Of a DNA stretch of 64,000 nt, positions 1-12,456 are shown piece by piece; positions within the stretch are counted from its first letter, which is position 1, and the number at the start of each line of letters is the position of its first letter. The DNA is from a virus. Location: IMG/VR virus record IMGVR_UViG_3300022661_000003; one strand, written 5' to 3'. Position numbers and translations under genes: made by a program. The notes under the pieces are model-generated. The model saw nothing but the letters and a program-made list of their open reading frames with translations. It did no database searches and was not told the DNA's origin.

Positions 1-3000
1 TAGAATGCAGAGTAGTTAGTGTCGAAAAAAAAGAATTTGGCATTTACATGGTTGAATCTGATGAAGCTAAATTCGAAGCATATGCAACTGGCACTAATAC
101 TTATTATGCAAATGATATAGTTTATGTCACAATTCCAGGTGGAGATTTTAAACGACAAAAATTTATTATAGGTCGTAAAACTGATGAAAATGATGCAAGT
201 TCAGTTTATAATTTGAAATTTCCATTTGATGATTTTATTAAACTAACACAAATTGATTTAACTACTATTGAAGAAGCGAAAGCTTTAGCAGAATTAAATT
301 ATAATAATACTGTTGATAATATTAATAGTAAATCTCATATTATGGATTTTGGCTAGGCTCAAGAAGCATTAAAAAAAGCAGAAGAAGACTATAAGGCTTA
401 GCTAGAATATATTGATAAAACGTATGAAGTACAATCTCCTGTAGATACTGGTTTTTTGGCGAATTATAGTCAAGATAATAATATTCATATTTATGGAGTA
501 AATTTTGTACAACCTATTGTAGGAATGTCTAAACTTGGTATTGAATTAGAAGTATAGACATTGTTAGGAGATTTCCATCCTATTAATGGTTTATATGGAT
601 TATAGATTGATGTACATGGTATTATAGGTCCTACAGAAGAAGTGGAATCTTATGAACTTACTGAATCTTTTTTATTTTCTAATAAAGATATGTATGGTAA
701 TTCATATGCATATTATAATCCTTATATTCAGTAGAAAGTATTAGATATTTCTAATTTTAAAGAAGTTCATTCTGTAAATATTTTCTTTGTATAGGATTGC
801 ATGTTTTATGATGAAGAAGGTAAATTAATCCCTTATGAAAAAGATGAAATTGATGAAGTTACAGGAGAACATGAGAGAGGTTTCTTACCGAAAAATATTT
901 TCTTAACTAATTTTAAGGCTTATTTTGGTTTAGCTGGTTCAGAACTTAATGAAGAAAAATTATATCTTTATACTTATGATCCATTATGGTTTAATAAAGA
1001 TAGTGAAGGATATAATGAAAAAACTTTACGTTTTCAGTGGGTTCATATTAAAGACGATAAGAGCGGCACTATATTGTTTAGTAAACCAGAAGATATTGAT
1101 ACTTTTAATAATGCATTAAGAAAAGAAATTTTCGGTGAAAATAATGATCATCCAACTAATGAGCAATTAATTGCTTATGAGAATAGAAAATTATAGATTT
1201 GTTGGTATATTGAAGATTTAGATGAAATTGCTTCAGCGGATGAAATAGCTGAGAGTTTAGGTTCTTTATATGCTGGCAATAGATGGAAAGTAATTACTGA
1301 TAATAAGGCTGAAGCTTTAGATGAATATGGCAATCCAAAAGTTGGTTATTATTATGATAGTGGTTTCCCTAAAGGCTCTAATTCTTCAGTCTTTGAATAT
1401 AGTATTAATTTTAATAATTTTAATCGCGACGAAAAAAATCCCACGATTTATACATATGCAAGATGTAAATATAAAGTAGCAGTTATTTTTGGTACTAATA
1501 AATATTTTTCATCTGAATTAACTTTCAAAAATTTTGCATCTTTAAATGGAACGGTTGAAGAGGGGCATACTGAAAATGCCGATATTATTTTTAGATGTTT
1601 TTCTGGTAGACGCTCTGAAGATGGTAAATATACAATTGAATGGGACGATAATTCTTCTATTGGTCGTTTTTATGTTTATGACGAAAATGACAATATTTTA
1701 ATGGACAGTGATGGAAGACGTTTTTCTGACATTACTTATTATATGCAACTTTGGCATAGAGATCCAGATTATCCGCAGAATTATATTCCATTAATGTATG
1801 AAAAATATGATAATTCTGAAGATGCTGAAGATGGACATCAAATTACTAATATTAATTTTACTACAAAATGGTCTTTCTTTGATAATAGTACAATGTTGCG
1901 CAGTAGCAATACTCCTAATCTTACCGACGAAGAAGTTTAGGCTTTTGTTGAATTGCTCGGAATGCCAAATGTTGTAAAGAAAGAAGTTACCACTGAAAAC
2001 GGTACTGAATTAATAATAGATTTTGATGACCCAGATATTAAAGCTTTACGAGAAATTACTCGAAGTTTTACGATTGAAGATCATTTATATTCTTATAAAA
2101 AGAATAATGAAGTAGTAGCAATTGTAGACAAAAATCATCAAAAATATTATGCGCATAAAGATTTTCAGTTTGGTCGAGCAAATTCTCAAGGTACTGAATA
2201 TACAGCTACAATTGTTTTGAAAAAAGTCGGCAATATTGAAGGTGCTGATACACAATTAGTTTCTGGAAAAAGATTTAGCTTAGAATGTTAGATTTATGAC
2301 AAAGATCATAAATTAGCTAGATTTGACCATGAGATACAATACGATTGGCAATTATTGAATGAAGAACAATGTTATATTAAAGTCGATAATAATAATGCTG
2401 GAGCTATTTATTCAGGTACTTGGTATAATTTTAAAGAAGACAAAAAAACACCAAATGCGGCACCTGCTTTTAAAGTAACAATTAAGAAAGCAGGAGAGCA
2501 TGATATTTATGCAAAACGTGGTTTCTTGGCAGGACCTGAAAAACTTAATAATGTTCCATATGTCGCTATTATACCAGAGCGAGTAGAATATCGATCTGAC
2601 GGCAGTCATCCTTATTATTATAATAACTGGTTCACTGTTTATGAAGCAGGAACCAATAAACAATTATATACTGATTGGACTATCAATAAGGATTTAAGCA
2701 CTCCACATAGTTATATTACTCAAAAGGACGATAAATTAGTTGTAGTTCATACTGATATTATACCAGATGGAGCGATAATTCCAAAACATATTCCTGCAAA
2801 AACAGTTACTGAAAATAATGAAGAAGATACTGAAATTTCAGCAGAACATAATGATTATAAATTTGAAATGCAAGAATGGGGCAGTATTGGATTCTTGTGG
2901 GATAACCGTTTTGAAAATACAGTTTTATAGCTAGAAGGTAATTGTAAAGGATAGGTAATACGGCAAGCAATTGTCTTTGATTAGAATGTATATCCTTCAT

Positions 3001-6000
3001 CTCTTGTTAATACTTGGGATGGAGTTGCTCTTTCTGTTGATGAAGCTACTGGCTCTATTTTAGCAAATCGTATTGCGACAGGTACTAAAGATAATAGCGG
3101 TAGATTTACTGGTATTATGATGGGTGATTGGTCAGCATATGGTGATGAGTCTGTTGATATTGCTGGTATTTATGGTTTTGAAAATGGTCAAGAGACTTTT
3201 GGATTTTTGAAAGATGGTTCTGGATTTATTGGTGCTGCTGGCGCAGGTTAGATTCGATTTGATGGCCGAAATGCCATGATTGCCAGCGCATTAAAAAATG
3301 AATTTGGAACTCCCTCTTGTTATATTAATCTTAATCCTGCTAGAGTTGGTAATCCTAATTCTGTTTTAAATAGTGATAGTCAATATTTCTTATATTGTGA
3401 AACTGATAGAGCAAAAGATGCAGAAGTGGGATTAGATTAGTCTTGGGTTAATAAATTTTTTAAGAAAAAACGCAAAGTCGATGCTGATGGTAATTATATT
3501 ACAGATGAATTTGATCAGTATGTTTACGAAGAAAATGATAAAGATTATTTCATTGTTGACCCTACTCGTGGTGTATTAACTACTGGTGGTATTATTGCCA
3601 GATACGGTTATATTGGTGACTGGCTTATTGATAAAGGTGGTTTATCATGGTATTCAGAATAGGGCTTGACAAAAGAAAATTTTTATGATACAATATATTT
3701 TGGAAATTGGACTAGAAATCCTTATTGTATTATGTATCGTGAAGAATACGAAAAAGAAAAAGAAGATACTTATAAATCAATAAAAAATACTTATGATAAA
3801 AAACGAGAAGAATTAACTAAATAGTATGAAGAAGATTTAAAGAAAATTAAAATGACTGGTACAATTAAAGATGCTTAGGAGCTAGAAAAATAGTATAAAA
3901 AATCTTTAGATGAATTAAATACAGAAGAGAATAATGAGTAGAGTGCTGCATTAGAAGCTTTTACTAAAGAGAGTAAATATCAACAATATTTAATGTCTGC
4001 TGGACGATTAAATTAGAATCGATTTAATTATGCTAATAAAGGTGTAATGAATTTTGGTGTAACTGCAGATGGATATTTATTTAGCCAGTCTGGTCGCATC
4101 GGTGGTTGGATTATTGGTGCAGACACTTTAACTTCTGCTAAAACAAGTGAAATTGTTGATGATTAGGGAAATATTATATCTGTTCCTGCGGTTGAATTGA
4201 ATGGTGTTGAAGGAACCGCGACATTTGGAGTTATTAACTCTGCAGGTCAAATGCAAGGTCAAGTTAATTTGGCGGGCTATTAGATGATTGGATAGAGTGA
4301 TAATACTTCTTATGCTAATTTATTAAGTACTACCTCTATTAGAACCTTAGATAATAGCAAAGCAGATTCTTTTAACTTTAAAATGACGTTAATTAGTAAC
4401 GGTAATGTAGATGAAGATTAGTTTGTAATTTCTGAGAAATATGCTGTTACAGCCGTAGAATATTAGTATGGAGAAAGTGATAACGAAACTATTTCTCCTA
4501 CAGCTTGGGTTTAGGATTATATTGGAAACTCATTAAATAATATTGCAGTAAGAGGAAATCCTAAAAAATTCTTATGGGTGAAACAAATTTTTACGATATA
4601 GCCTATGGAAGGAAAATCTTTTCCGTTAGAAACTGATGCAATTTGTCTTGGAGAAAAAGTTAATGAAGAAATTTATTATAATGGGAAAGTAGAGCAATGT
4701 TATTTAAAATTAAAAGCTATTGAAATGTAGTATAATATTGTTGCAGAAAATGAATCGATTGATGTAAATTCTACTTCTTGGAAAACAATTGATGAACTTA
4801 AAAATAAAGATGAGAAAATTGCAATCACTAAAACAACACCAAAAATTATTACTAAATTAATTATATCATCTGTAGAGCATACTGTTGTCGATGAATCTAG
4901 TAAAGAACAATCTAAATTAGATTTTACTTATAATATTGGCATTACAAGTGCAACATTTGAATTATTTAATACTGATAATGCTTCTGGAAATATTGGCAAA
5001 ACAGAGGATATTGCAATAAAGGGTGACACTTCAACTTTATCAGGAGAGACAGGACAAACTTTTCAAATAGGACATTTTATGGCCAATAGTAAAGTAAAAT
5101 TTGAATAGTTACACACTTGGTCTCTTCTTGAAGAACAAAAAGGTTATTCATTAGGAATGTCCTTACAAACAGGAGAAGGAAATTCTTATATTGTTAAAAC
5201 TGATGAATCCACTGGCGACACTACGGAAGAATATAATACAACTAAATTTTATATTTTCCTTGCTCCAACAATGGCACGATTAGCGAATAGATTTGCTTCA
5301 CTTGGCACATATGCAAATCCATGGGATTATATATATGCTGGTACCTCAATATTTATTAATGGCGATGCAGCTGCAACTTAGCGATGGGCAGAAGATAATA
5401 TTAGATAGCCTTTGTGGAATAAAATTGTTGCAGTAAACAATTTGGCATCTACAGCTTATAAGAAAGCAAAAGACGCTGCGAGCAGAGCTCATTAGGCGGC
5501 AAACACTGCAAATGAAGCATTGAAATAGACTTTTGTTAGTGCTAAATTTAATATGACTGGCGGAGGATATGGAAAACAATTAGTATTAATTCGAAAAAAT
5601 GGAGCGACTTTAACCCTCGCTCCTGTCGCATCGCTTATACATAAACATACTCCCACTGTAACATGTTCTGAATCTAATGGCGAGATTACAATTAAAGTTT
5701 CTTTAAGCAATACTTCAATGAATGGTGAGGGCTCTGATTCTTTTAATATGGCCAGTACCGCTTTTTTCAGGAAACATGCATATGCTTCAGGAGGTAAACT
5801 TGATAAAGGCGGTCTCAATGGAGGATATACTGAAAGATATCGTAATATTACTGTTTCTGCGATACTGGCCGAAGATGGAACTACATTGGTTGAAAAATAG
5901 ACTTATGATTGCCCAGATTATGGTAATGGATATAATAAAGGTTATGAGACAGGCTACGAAGCAGGAAAAAAAGCTGGCTATAGTTTAGGGTATTCCGATG

Positions 6001-6026
6001 GACTCGCTGATGCTCGCGGAGCTTAA
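1..6026 (+). CDS. Giant virion/tail structural protein, 5' partial (>2000 aa), putative tape-measure-like; read through many in-frame TAG codons
   Basis: All track ORFs 48, 801, 1701, 1953, 2355, 5157, 5553 share frame 0 and end at TAG. Frame 0 is open from nt 3 and ends only at TAA TAA (6024-6026). An AGGAGA RBS plus ATG of the next gene follows at 6054. The protein has long coiled-coil-like Lys/Glu-rich stretches. Position upstream of Dit/Tal-like genes suggests a tape-measure protein. Confidence 0.6.
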
Positions 6027-6053
6027 TAATATATTATAAAGGAGAAAAAGGAT

Positions 6054-6440
6054 ATGACTTTAACTTATATGCAACTTTCATCTATTCTTGAGGCTCTTAA
6101 AGAGCTTCAAGAAATGAAGATGTCATTTAAACTTAGTTTAATTATTGCTAAGAATATTGAAATGCTTGAAAAAGAAGAAGAATTTTATATTCGTCAAGAG
6201 CAAGAATTTGCAACGAAATATTTGCAGAAAGATGAACAAGGAAATTTTATTCAAAGTTCTGCGAATACTTTTCAAATTATTCCAGAATTACTAGATGAAT
6301 GCATGGAAGCTCGTAAAGAACTTGACAGTTTTACAGTAGATGTAAATTTGCATTTAATTCCAGTAAGTTTAATTGAGAATATGGATTTTACTCCTGCTCA
6401 AGTGAAAGGATTAACTTTAATTATTAACGAGGAGGAATAA
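6054..6440 (+). CDS. Hypothetical protein (128 aa), no in-frame TAG
   Basis: Intact track ORF preceded by AAAGGAGAAAAAGGAT RBS. It sits between the giant gene and the next tail gene. Confidence 0.6.
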   Translation: MTLTYMQLSSILEALKELQEMKMSFKLSLIIAKNIEMLEKEEEFYIRQEQEFATKYLQKDEQGNFIQSSANTFQIIPELLDECMEARKELDSFTVDVNLHLIPVSLIENMDFTPAQVKGLTLIINEEE

Positions 6441-6441
6441 T

Positions 6442-9400
6442 ATGGCTCGTTTATATCCACCTAGCGTGGCGGGCACATTACCATCTTGTTATAATTATCC
6501 AGAGGGGATTGTCACTTTGACAATCCCCTTTTCTATGAATAAGACGGTAGCGGCACGCGCAATTAGTAGTTTTAGAGTAAGAATTAAAACAACTTCGACT
6601 GATAGAGTAATTGCTGATTGGCCTGAAAGTAGAGGTGCGGCAACACTTGATGATATTAATCCAGTATTAACAACTCAAATACCAACTGCATATATTCCTC
6701 AACTACGAGTCGGCAATTATTATAAAGTATAGATTGCTTATGTTGATAGTGAAGGAGTTATTGGGTATTATTCTTCTCTAAGTATTATTAAATATACAGG
6801 TAAACCAACAGTTCGTATTGCCGATTTATCTATTTCATATACTAATTTAGATATGACGGCGTATGTTGGTGAATATTTTAATCAAGAAGATCCAACTGAA
6901 ATTGTATATCAATATAAGTTTTTATTATATAATGATGCAGGAGCGATTATTGAAAATTCTGGTTGGCGTATTCATAATAGTTATGAAGATGAACAGGCTG
7001 GTCAATCACGAGATACTTATGTTCTCAAAACTGCTCTTGAATTAACTAAAACTTACAGAATTCAATATTGTATTATTACAAATAATAATTTAGAATTACA
7101 TTCACCTCGTTATATGATTTGCCAATCAGATTCAATTGAACCATAGCTTAAAGCTAAAATTTTTACAACGACTGATTATGATAATGGTTCAGTAACAATT
7201 ACTTTATTAGGTGATTTAATTGATGAGGACGGCAAAGAAGAAGTAGCAACAGGTACTTTCTTAATTTAGCGTTCATCTTCTTCTGATAATTTTACATCTT
7301 GGGTAGATGTATTAAATTTTAAATTAACAGGTGAATTCCCTTCAAATTTTGTCTTTCATGATTTTACTGTTGAGTAGGGAGAAACTTATCGATATTCATT
7401 ATAGCAATACAATGATTATGGTATTTATTCTCGCCGAATTTTAGCAGAAGATATTTATGTTGCTTTTGAAGATGCATTTTTATTTGACGGCAAACGGCAA
7501 TTAAGAATTCGTTATAATCCTAAAATTGCTTCTTTTAAAACTACATTATTAGATTCTAAAAAGAATACAATTGGCGGAAAATTTCCTACCTTTTTTAGAA
7601 ACGGTAATGTTGAATATAAAGAATTTTCTATTTCGGGTTTAGTTACTTATTTTATGGATAATGATGAATTCTTTTTTAAGAAAGATGAAATAGGATTTGG
7701 TGGCTGGGAAAATACTACCGATATTATTGACGCCAATATTTATCTTGAGCGACAATTTAAATTAGCAGTATTAGATTGGCTTAATAATGGAGAAGTAAAA
7801 CTTTTTAGGTCCCCGCAAGAAGGTAATTATATTGTTCGTTTAATGAATACGACTTTAGCTCCAAATGATTCTTTAAGTCGTATGCTTCATACTTTTACCT
7901 GCTAGGCTAGTGAAATTGCAGATTTTAATACAGAAAATCTGACTAAATATAATTTAATTCAAACTGTTCTTGAGCCTGTACCTGAAATGAGATGGCGTTC
8001 TATTAATCTTGCTTAGTGGTTAAATGAACGTATTACTCTTCTTTCAAAAGATCCTAATTATAAAGGTGTAGGTCGCAATGAATTAGTACAGTAGGCTCGT
8101 AGAGATATACGAAATGGCACTCATGATTTAGCAGAAGGTAAACCTATTTATTATATTAAAGTTGAAGATGTTCCGTCTGGCACTAAACTTTTATTGGGGC
8201 ATCAAGAAATTTTAATTGGCGCGACAGGTTATTATGAAGCTTTTTATGAAGAGCCAATGTATAATTTGCGAGTAAGTTCTATTAATGTAGATGAGTCAAA
8301 TGAATCGGCGGTTCCTGAATCTGTGTATGAGGGAATGAATGGTACTATTACATATGGTACTATGTCTACAGCCACTAATACTTTTGATACAGTTACTTCT
8401 GTAAAAGTAAGAGACGTTCCTTGCAGACAATTCTTTGGCCCGCAAGAAAATCTATTGGCAGAATGGAACGATATTCGCTTAGAAGTTTAGCGTGTTTATT
8501 ATGCTCGTTTCGTCGCACGGCATTTAGAAGAATTAGTATTACCTCTTGATACTACTATTGAAACTTTAAATGCAGTAATAGAATTATTTTCAAAACCTGA
8601 TGCAAAAAATAAAGTATATTATTATACTGAAGATATTATAACAACACCTACTCAAGAATATGATACAAATAAAGATCCAATTGTAGTTGAGCCACAGACT
8701 TTAAAAGTATATTATTTATATTATTATAATGGCCATTATTTGGTTCCTGTTGGGCCTGGATAGACTCAATTTACTGATGAATTTGGTAGCCGGATAGATG
8801 AAGAAGGTAATGTTATACAGACTTATGCGGGAAAAGATTTAATTTTGTTAACTTCTGCTCAAGCAAAATATGCAGAAAGATATGCGGAAGGTTTGTGGAA
8901 TTCTTTAACTCCATATTATGTATATTATACGAAAGAAGTTAATAAAGATAATTCTCCTGAAGGGAAAGAACCTAATTTATCTGACGGCTTAATTGATTGG
9001 AAATATACATATTATATGTTGGGTGAGACCGAAAATGGAACTAGTTTAATTCAATTAGAAAATTATGATACTACAGTAAAATATCATAAGTCTATAATTA
9101 ACGTTGCTGATATTGATGAATATTATATTCCAGATTTGGATTATGTTCCAGATGATATTAGTATTGGCAGTGGTGTATATGCCGAAATTGGTTTACAATA
9201 TCGAATGATTAGTTATTATTATGAACAATATCTTAGTGATCCTAAAGTTAATGACAGTAAATTGCAATGGTTAGAGGCAGAAGAAGCATATAGAACTGGT
9301 GTATTAAAAATGATTTAGGCTACTAATTAGACTGAACCATCTCGAAATACTGTTCTAGAAACCGTTAGTCCTTGTTATTATTTTGACACAGAAGAAGTTG

Positions 9401-9618
9401 ATTTAAGACTAATCGAAGATATAGACAGACCCGAATATAAGAATCGTTCTGTCCCAATTTATTATTATTCTTCTCAAGTTGGAGAAGCTCCTAATTATAG
9501 TATTATAGAACCCAATTATAATATTGCTGATTTAAAAGCAAGACGTGATGAAACTTATGCAATTTTTGTTGCAGAACTTGAAGCATATAAAGAACATGAG
9601 GAGGCTGACTTAGTATGA
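6442..9618 (+). CDS. Large tail structural protein (~1058 aa), putative extended distal-tail (Dit)-like protein; TAG recoded
   Basis: Track ORFs 6442, 6853, 7654, 8194, 8845 all lie in frame 1, separated by TAG only. The first non-TAG stop is TGA at ~9616, overlapping the ATG of the next gene (ATGA). The Dit call rests on position between the TMP-like and Tal-like genes and is weak. Confidence 0.5.
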
Positions 9619-12098
9619 TATATGATAATCATTTCTTAAAACAACTTGATGAATGGCCTCAACGTGAAGTATTTGCTAAAATTGTTTCTTTAAGTTGGGA
9701 TGAAAGTCCAAGAGAAGAAATTGAAGGTTATATTACAGGAGGATCCATTAATGTAGATGGATCCTCCGCTCTACGTCGAACTTGCAGTCTGACTATGATA
9801 ACAGACACTCCTCGTATTAATGAATTATATTGGGCATTAGAAACTAAATTTCAAGTTTTTATTGGATTAAAGAATTTTGTTAATTCTGATTACGATGATA
9901 TTATTTGGTTTCCTCAAGGTATCTATGTTATTACTTCATATAGCCAAACTTTAAATACTCAAGGTTATACTATTCAAATTTAGGGTAAAGATAAAATGTG
10001 TCTACTCGATGGCTCAATCGGTGGAAATATTCCTGCCGACCACGATTTTGGAAAAATTGATACGTTAACTGGCTATGATGAAAATGGTAATGCAATTATT
10101 GAAACTGAAGATATTTTAATTTATGATATAGTTCGAGAAGCAGTACATGTATATGCCAAAGAACCTTATGAAAAAATTATTATAAATGATTTAGAAGATT
10201 GTTCCGTTATGCTTTTAGCATATAAAGCAAAAAATATTAAATTATTTATTTATAATGTTTATAAGACAGAAGGTGCAGATGATTATATTACCAATATGAC
10301 ATTTGAAGGTCATTCTAGTTTGGCGACTGAACTAGCGAAATATTTAGATGGACAAGATTTTGAATATAATGGTAAATGGTATAAATTAATTAAAACTGTA
10401 GGCTTTAATGATACTGCTGGTTATCAATTAACTGATCTTACATATGCAGGTGATTTAATTTGCGCAGCAGGAAGTTCTATAACTTCTATGTTAGATAAAG
10501 TCGCAGGCATGCTCGGTGAATTTGAATATTTTTATGATTTAGACGGCAGATTTGTTTTTTAGCGCAAGAAAATTTACGCAAATATTACTTGGACAAATTA
10601 GATGAAAACGGCAGATTCTGAAATTTATTATGATACTCTTGCTAATTCGTCTGCAAATATGTATGAGTTTACAAGTGGTCAATTAGTTGAATCTTTTGCC
10701 AATAAACCTCAAGTAAATATGATTAAAAATGATTTTACTATTTGGGGCGAAAGAGTTGCTTCCAGCGGTGTAACAATACCTATTCATATGCGTTATGCTA
10801 TTGATGTAAAACCTGATAAATATTTTTCTTTAATTGATGGTTTATGGTATTATGCAATGACTGAATAGCAATGTCAAGACACTCATTTTTTACCTGTGTT
10901 TCCTGAAGGAAAAGCACCATCTTTAACTTATGAAGAAACTCGTAATGGAGAAAAAGTATAGGTTAAAAAAGAATGGTATGATAATTCTTATTACACTACA
11001 CATCCTTTTGGTACCCCTACTTGGTCAGATTATAATAAAGATGCTATTTATACTGATTGGCGTGAATTAATTTATAAAATGGCATTAGATTATATGAAAC
11101 GAGATACATATTTAAAAAATATAGAAAAATATGATATTCTTGAAAAAAAATTAACAGATTAGAAAACTGATATTGAGGCTTATAAAAAAGAATTATAGGC
11201 TTTAAGTAATTTATGTGATATATATGCAGATACTATTACCGATGAAAAAATTCGTGAATAGAATGGTGTTAAATTACCTGATTGGATATAGACTTTAACA
11301 GATACTGCAGTATATAAACAAGATAAATTAAATGAATTATAGTGGTTAAATGAAACAGAAATTATTAAGTAGAATTATATAATTTGGGAACAAGATAATC
11401 ATATTGACATTAGTAATTATATGACTTATTTTTATGATATGCTTGAATATTGGCCTCGTATTTATAGTTTAGGTAATTATGGTTAGTTTATAGATCACGA
11501 GACAGAAAAATATTTCGTAGGATGGCATCCAGATTATTTTTCTATTGCTGAATAGTCTATGAAAAAAGCAGATGAATCTATGTATACTTATTATTATCTA
11601 TTTATGAATTAGCCAGAAGCAATTGTTTTTTGGATTGATTTCCAAGATACAGAGTCTTATCTCGGCAAGTATTCAGTAGAATTAATAGGTAGACGGACTA
11701 ATACCGTTAAAGATACCAATATAAAAGCGATATTTTTTAGAGAGACTCCAAATGTGTTATTTACAAATCCTTATGATGAAGAAACATATAGACCTACTAA
11801 TATGAGTTATGAAAAATTAAACTTATCTGTTGGTATGGCAAATTATTTTGTTATGAGTTTTCAAGGTAAAAGCGCAGAAGAAACTATGAATGAAAAAATT
11901 TATAATCATACTTACTATCAAGAAAGTATTACTGTAAATGTAGTTCCTGTATATTATCTTGAGCCGAATAGACGTATTCGTGTATTTGATGCTTCATCAG
12001 GAATTAATGGAGAATATATAATTAAATCATTTTCTTTATAGCTTGCGCATGATGGCATGATGTCTATTAATGCGACGAAAGCAGAAGAAAATATCTTA
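9615..12098 (+). CDS. Tail-associated lysin / Prophage_tail (Tal)-like protein (~827 aa); unusually TAG-dense C-terminal half
   Basis: Track ORFs 9615, 9996, 10602, 11754 lie in frame 0 joined by TAG. The gene ends at TAA ~12096. The N-terminus MIYDNHFLKQLDEWPQ... and the C-terminal IRVFDASSGINGEYIIKSF resemble Tal/phage tail endopeptidase proteins. A GGAGG RBS precedes the ATG. Confidence 0.55.
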
Positions 12099-12115
12099 TA
12101 AGGAGGAAAAGGAGT

Positions 12116-12454
12116 ATGGCTAAAACTGTAGGACAGCTTAGATATTATGGAGAAAAAGATCCTCGTAATTTTCCTGCTGGGTTAGGTTCAGTGCATTTGT
12201 ATAATGGTAATGCTCTAAAAGATTATTATCCGATTACTCAATTAGGTATTTAGACTGTGCCAGGAGCAAAATTAACTCTTAATAAAGATAAAATTCCTGT
12301 TATCATAGGAGTAACAGGTATTTATGAGTTAAATATTGATGGTTTAGCTCAAATTACTGATGTTAGTTTTGCTGCTGAAACTTTAAATTTAATTAAAGAC
12401 CCAAGCAATAATTTTTATTTAATTATTGATTTTATTTCAGATAAGGAGGGCTAA
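12116..12454 (+). CDS. Small conserved protein (~112 aa), paralogue of 17069..17374 (shared IGxTGIYELxIDG motif)
   Basis: TAAGGAGGAAAAGGAGT RBS then ATG. One in-frame TAG at ~12251. In frame with track ORF 12257. Confidence 0.55.
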
Positions 12455-12456
12455 TT

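Noticed and set aside
2412-5818. Antisense and overlapping ORFs (for example 2412..2663 -, 2806..3000 -, 5346..5579 -, 5492..5818 -, 5722..5988 +, 18357..18683 -, 19472..19876 -, 20185..20535 -, the 21411..22313 + series, 38136..38333 -, 38848..39108 -).
   Set aside because: They lie inside or antisense to long, clearly coding frames. They have low-complexity, Cys/Phe-rich translations and no RBS. They are typical shadow ORFs of AT-rich DNA.
48-5900. The many 60-200 aa same-strand ORFs in the six-frame track read as separate small genes.
   Set aside because: They share one frame and are separated only by TAG with no intervening RBS. They are fragments of single recoded genes.
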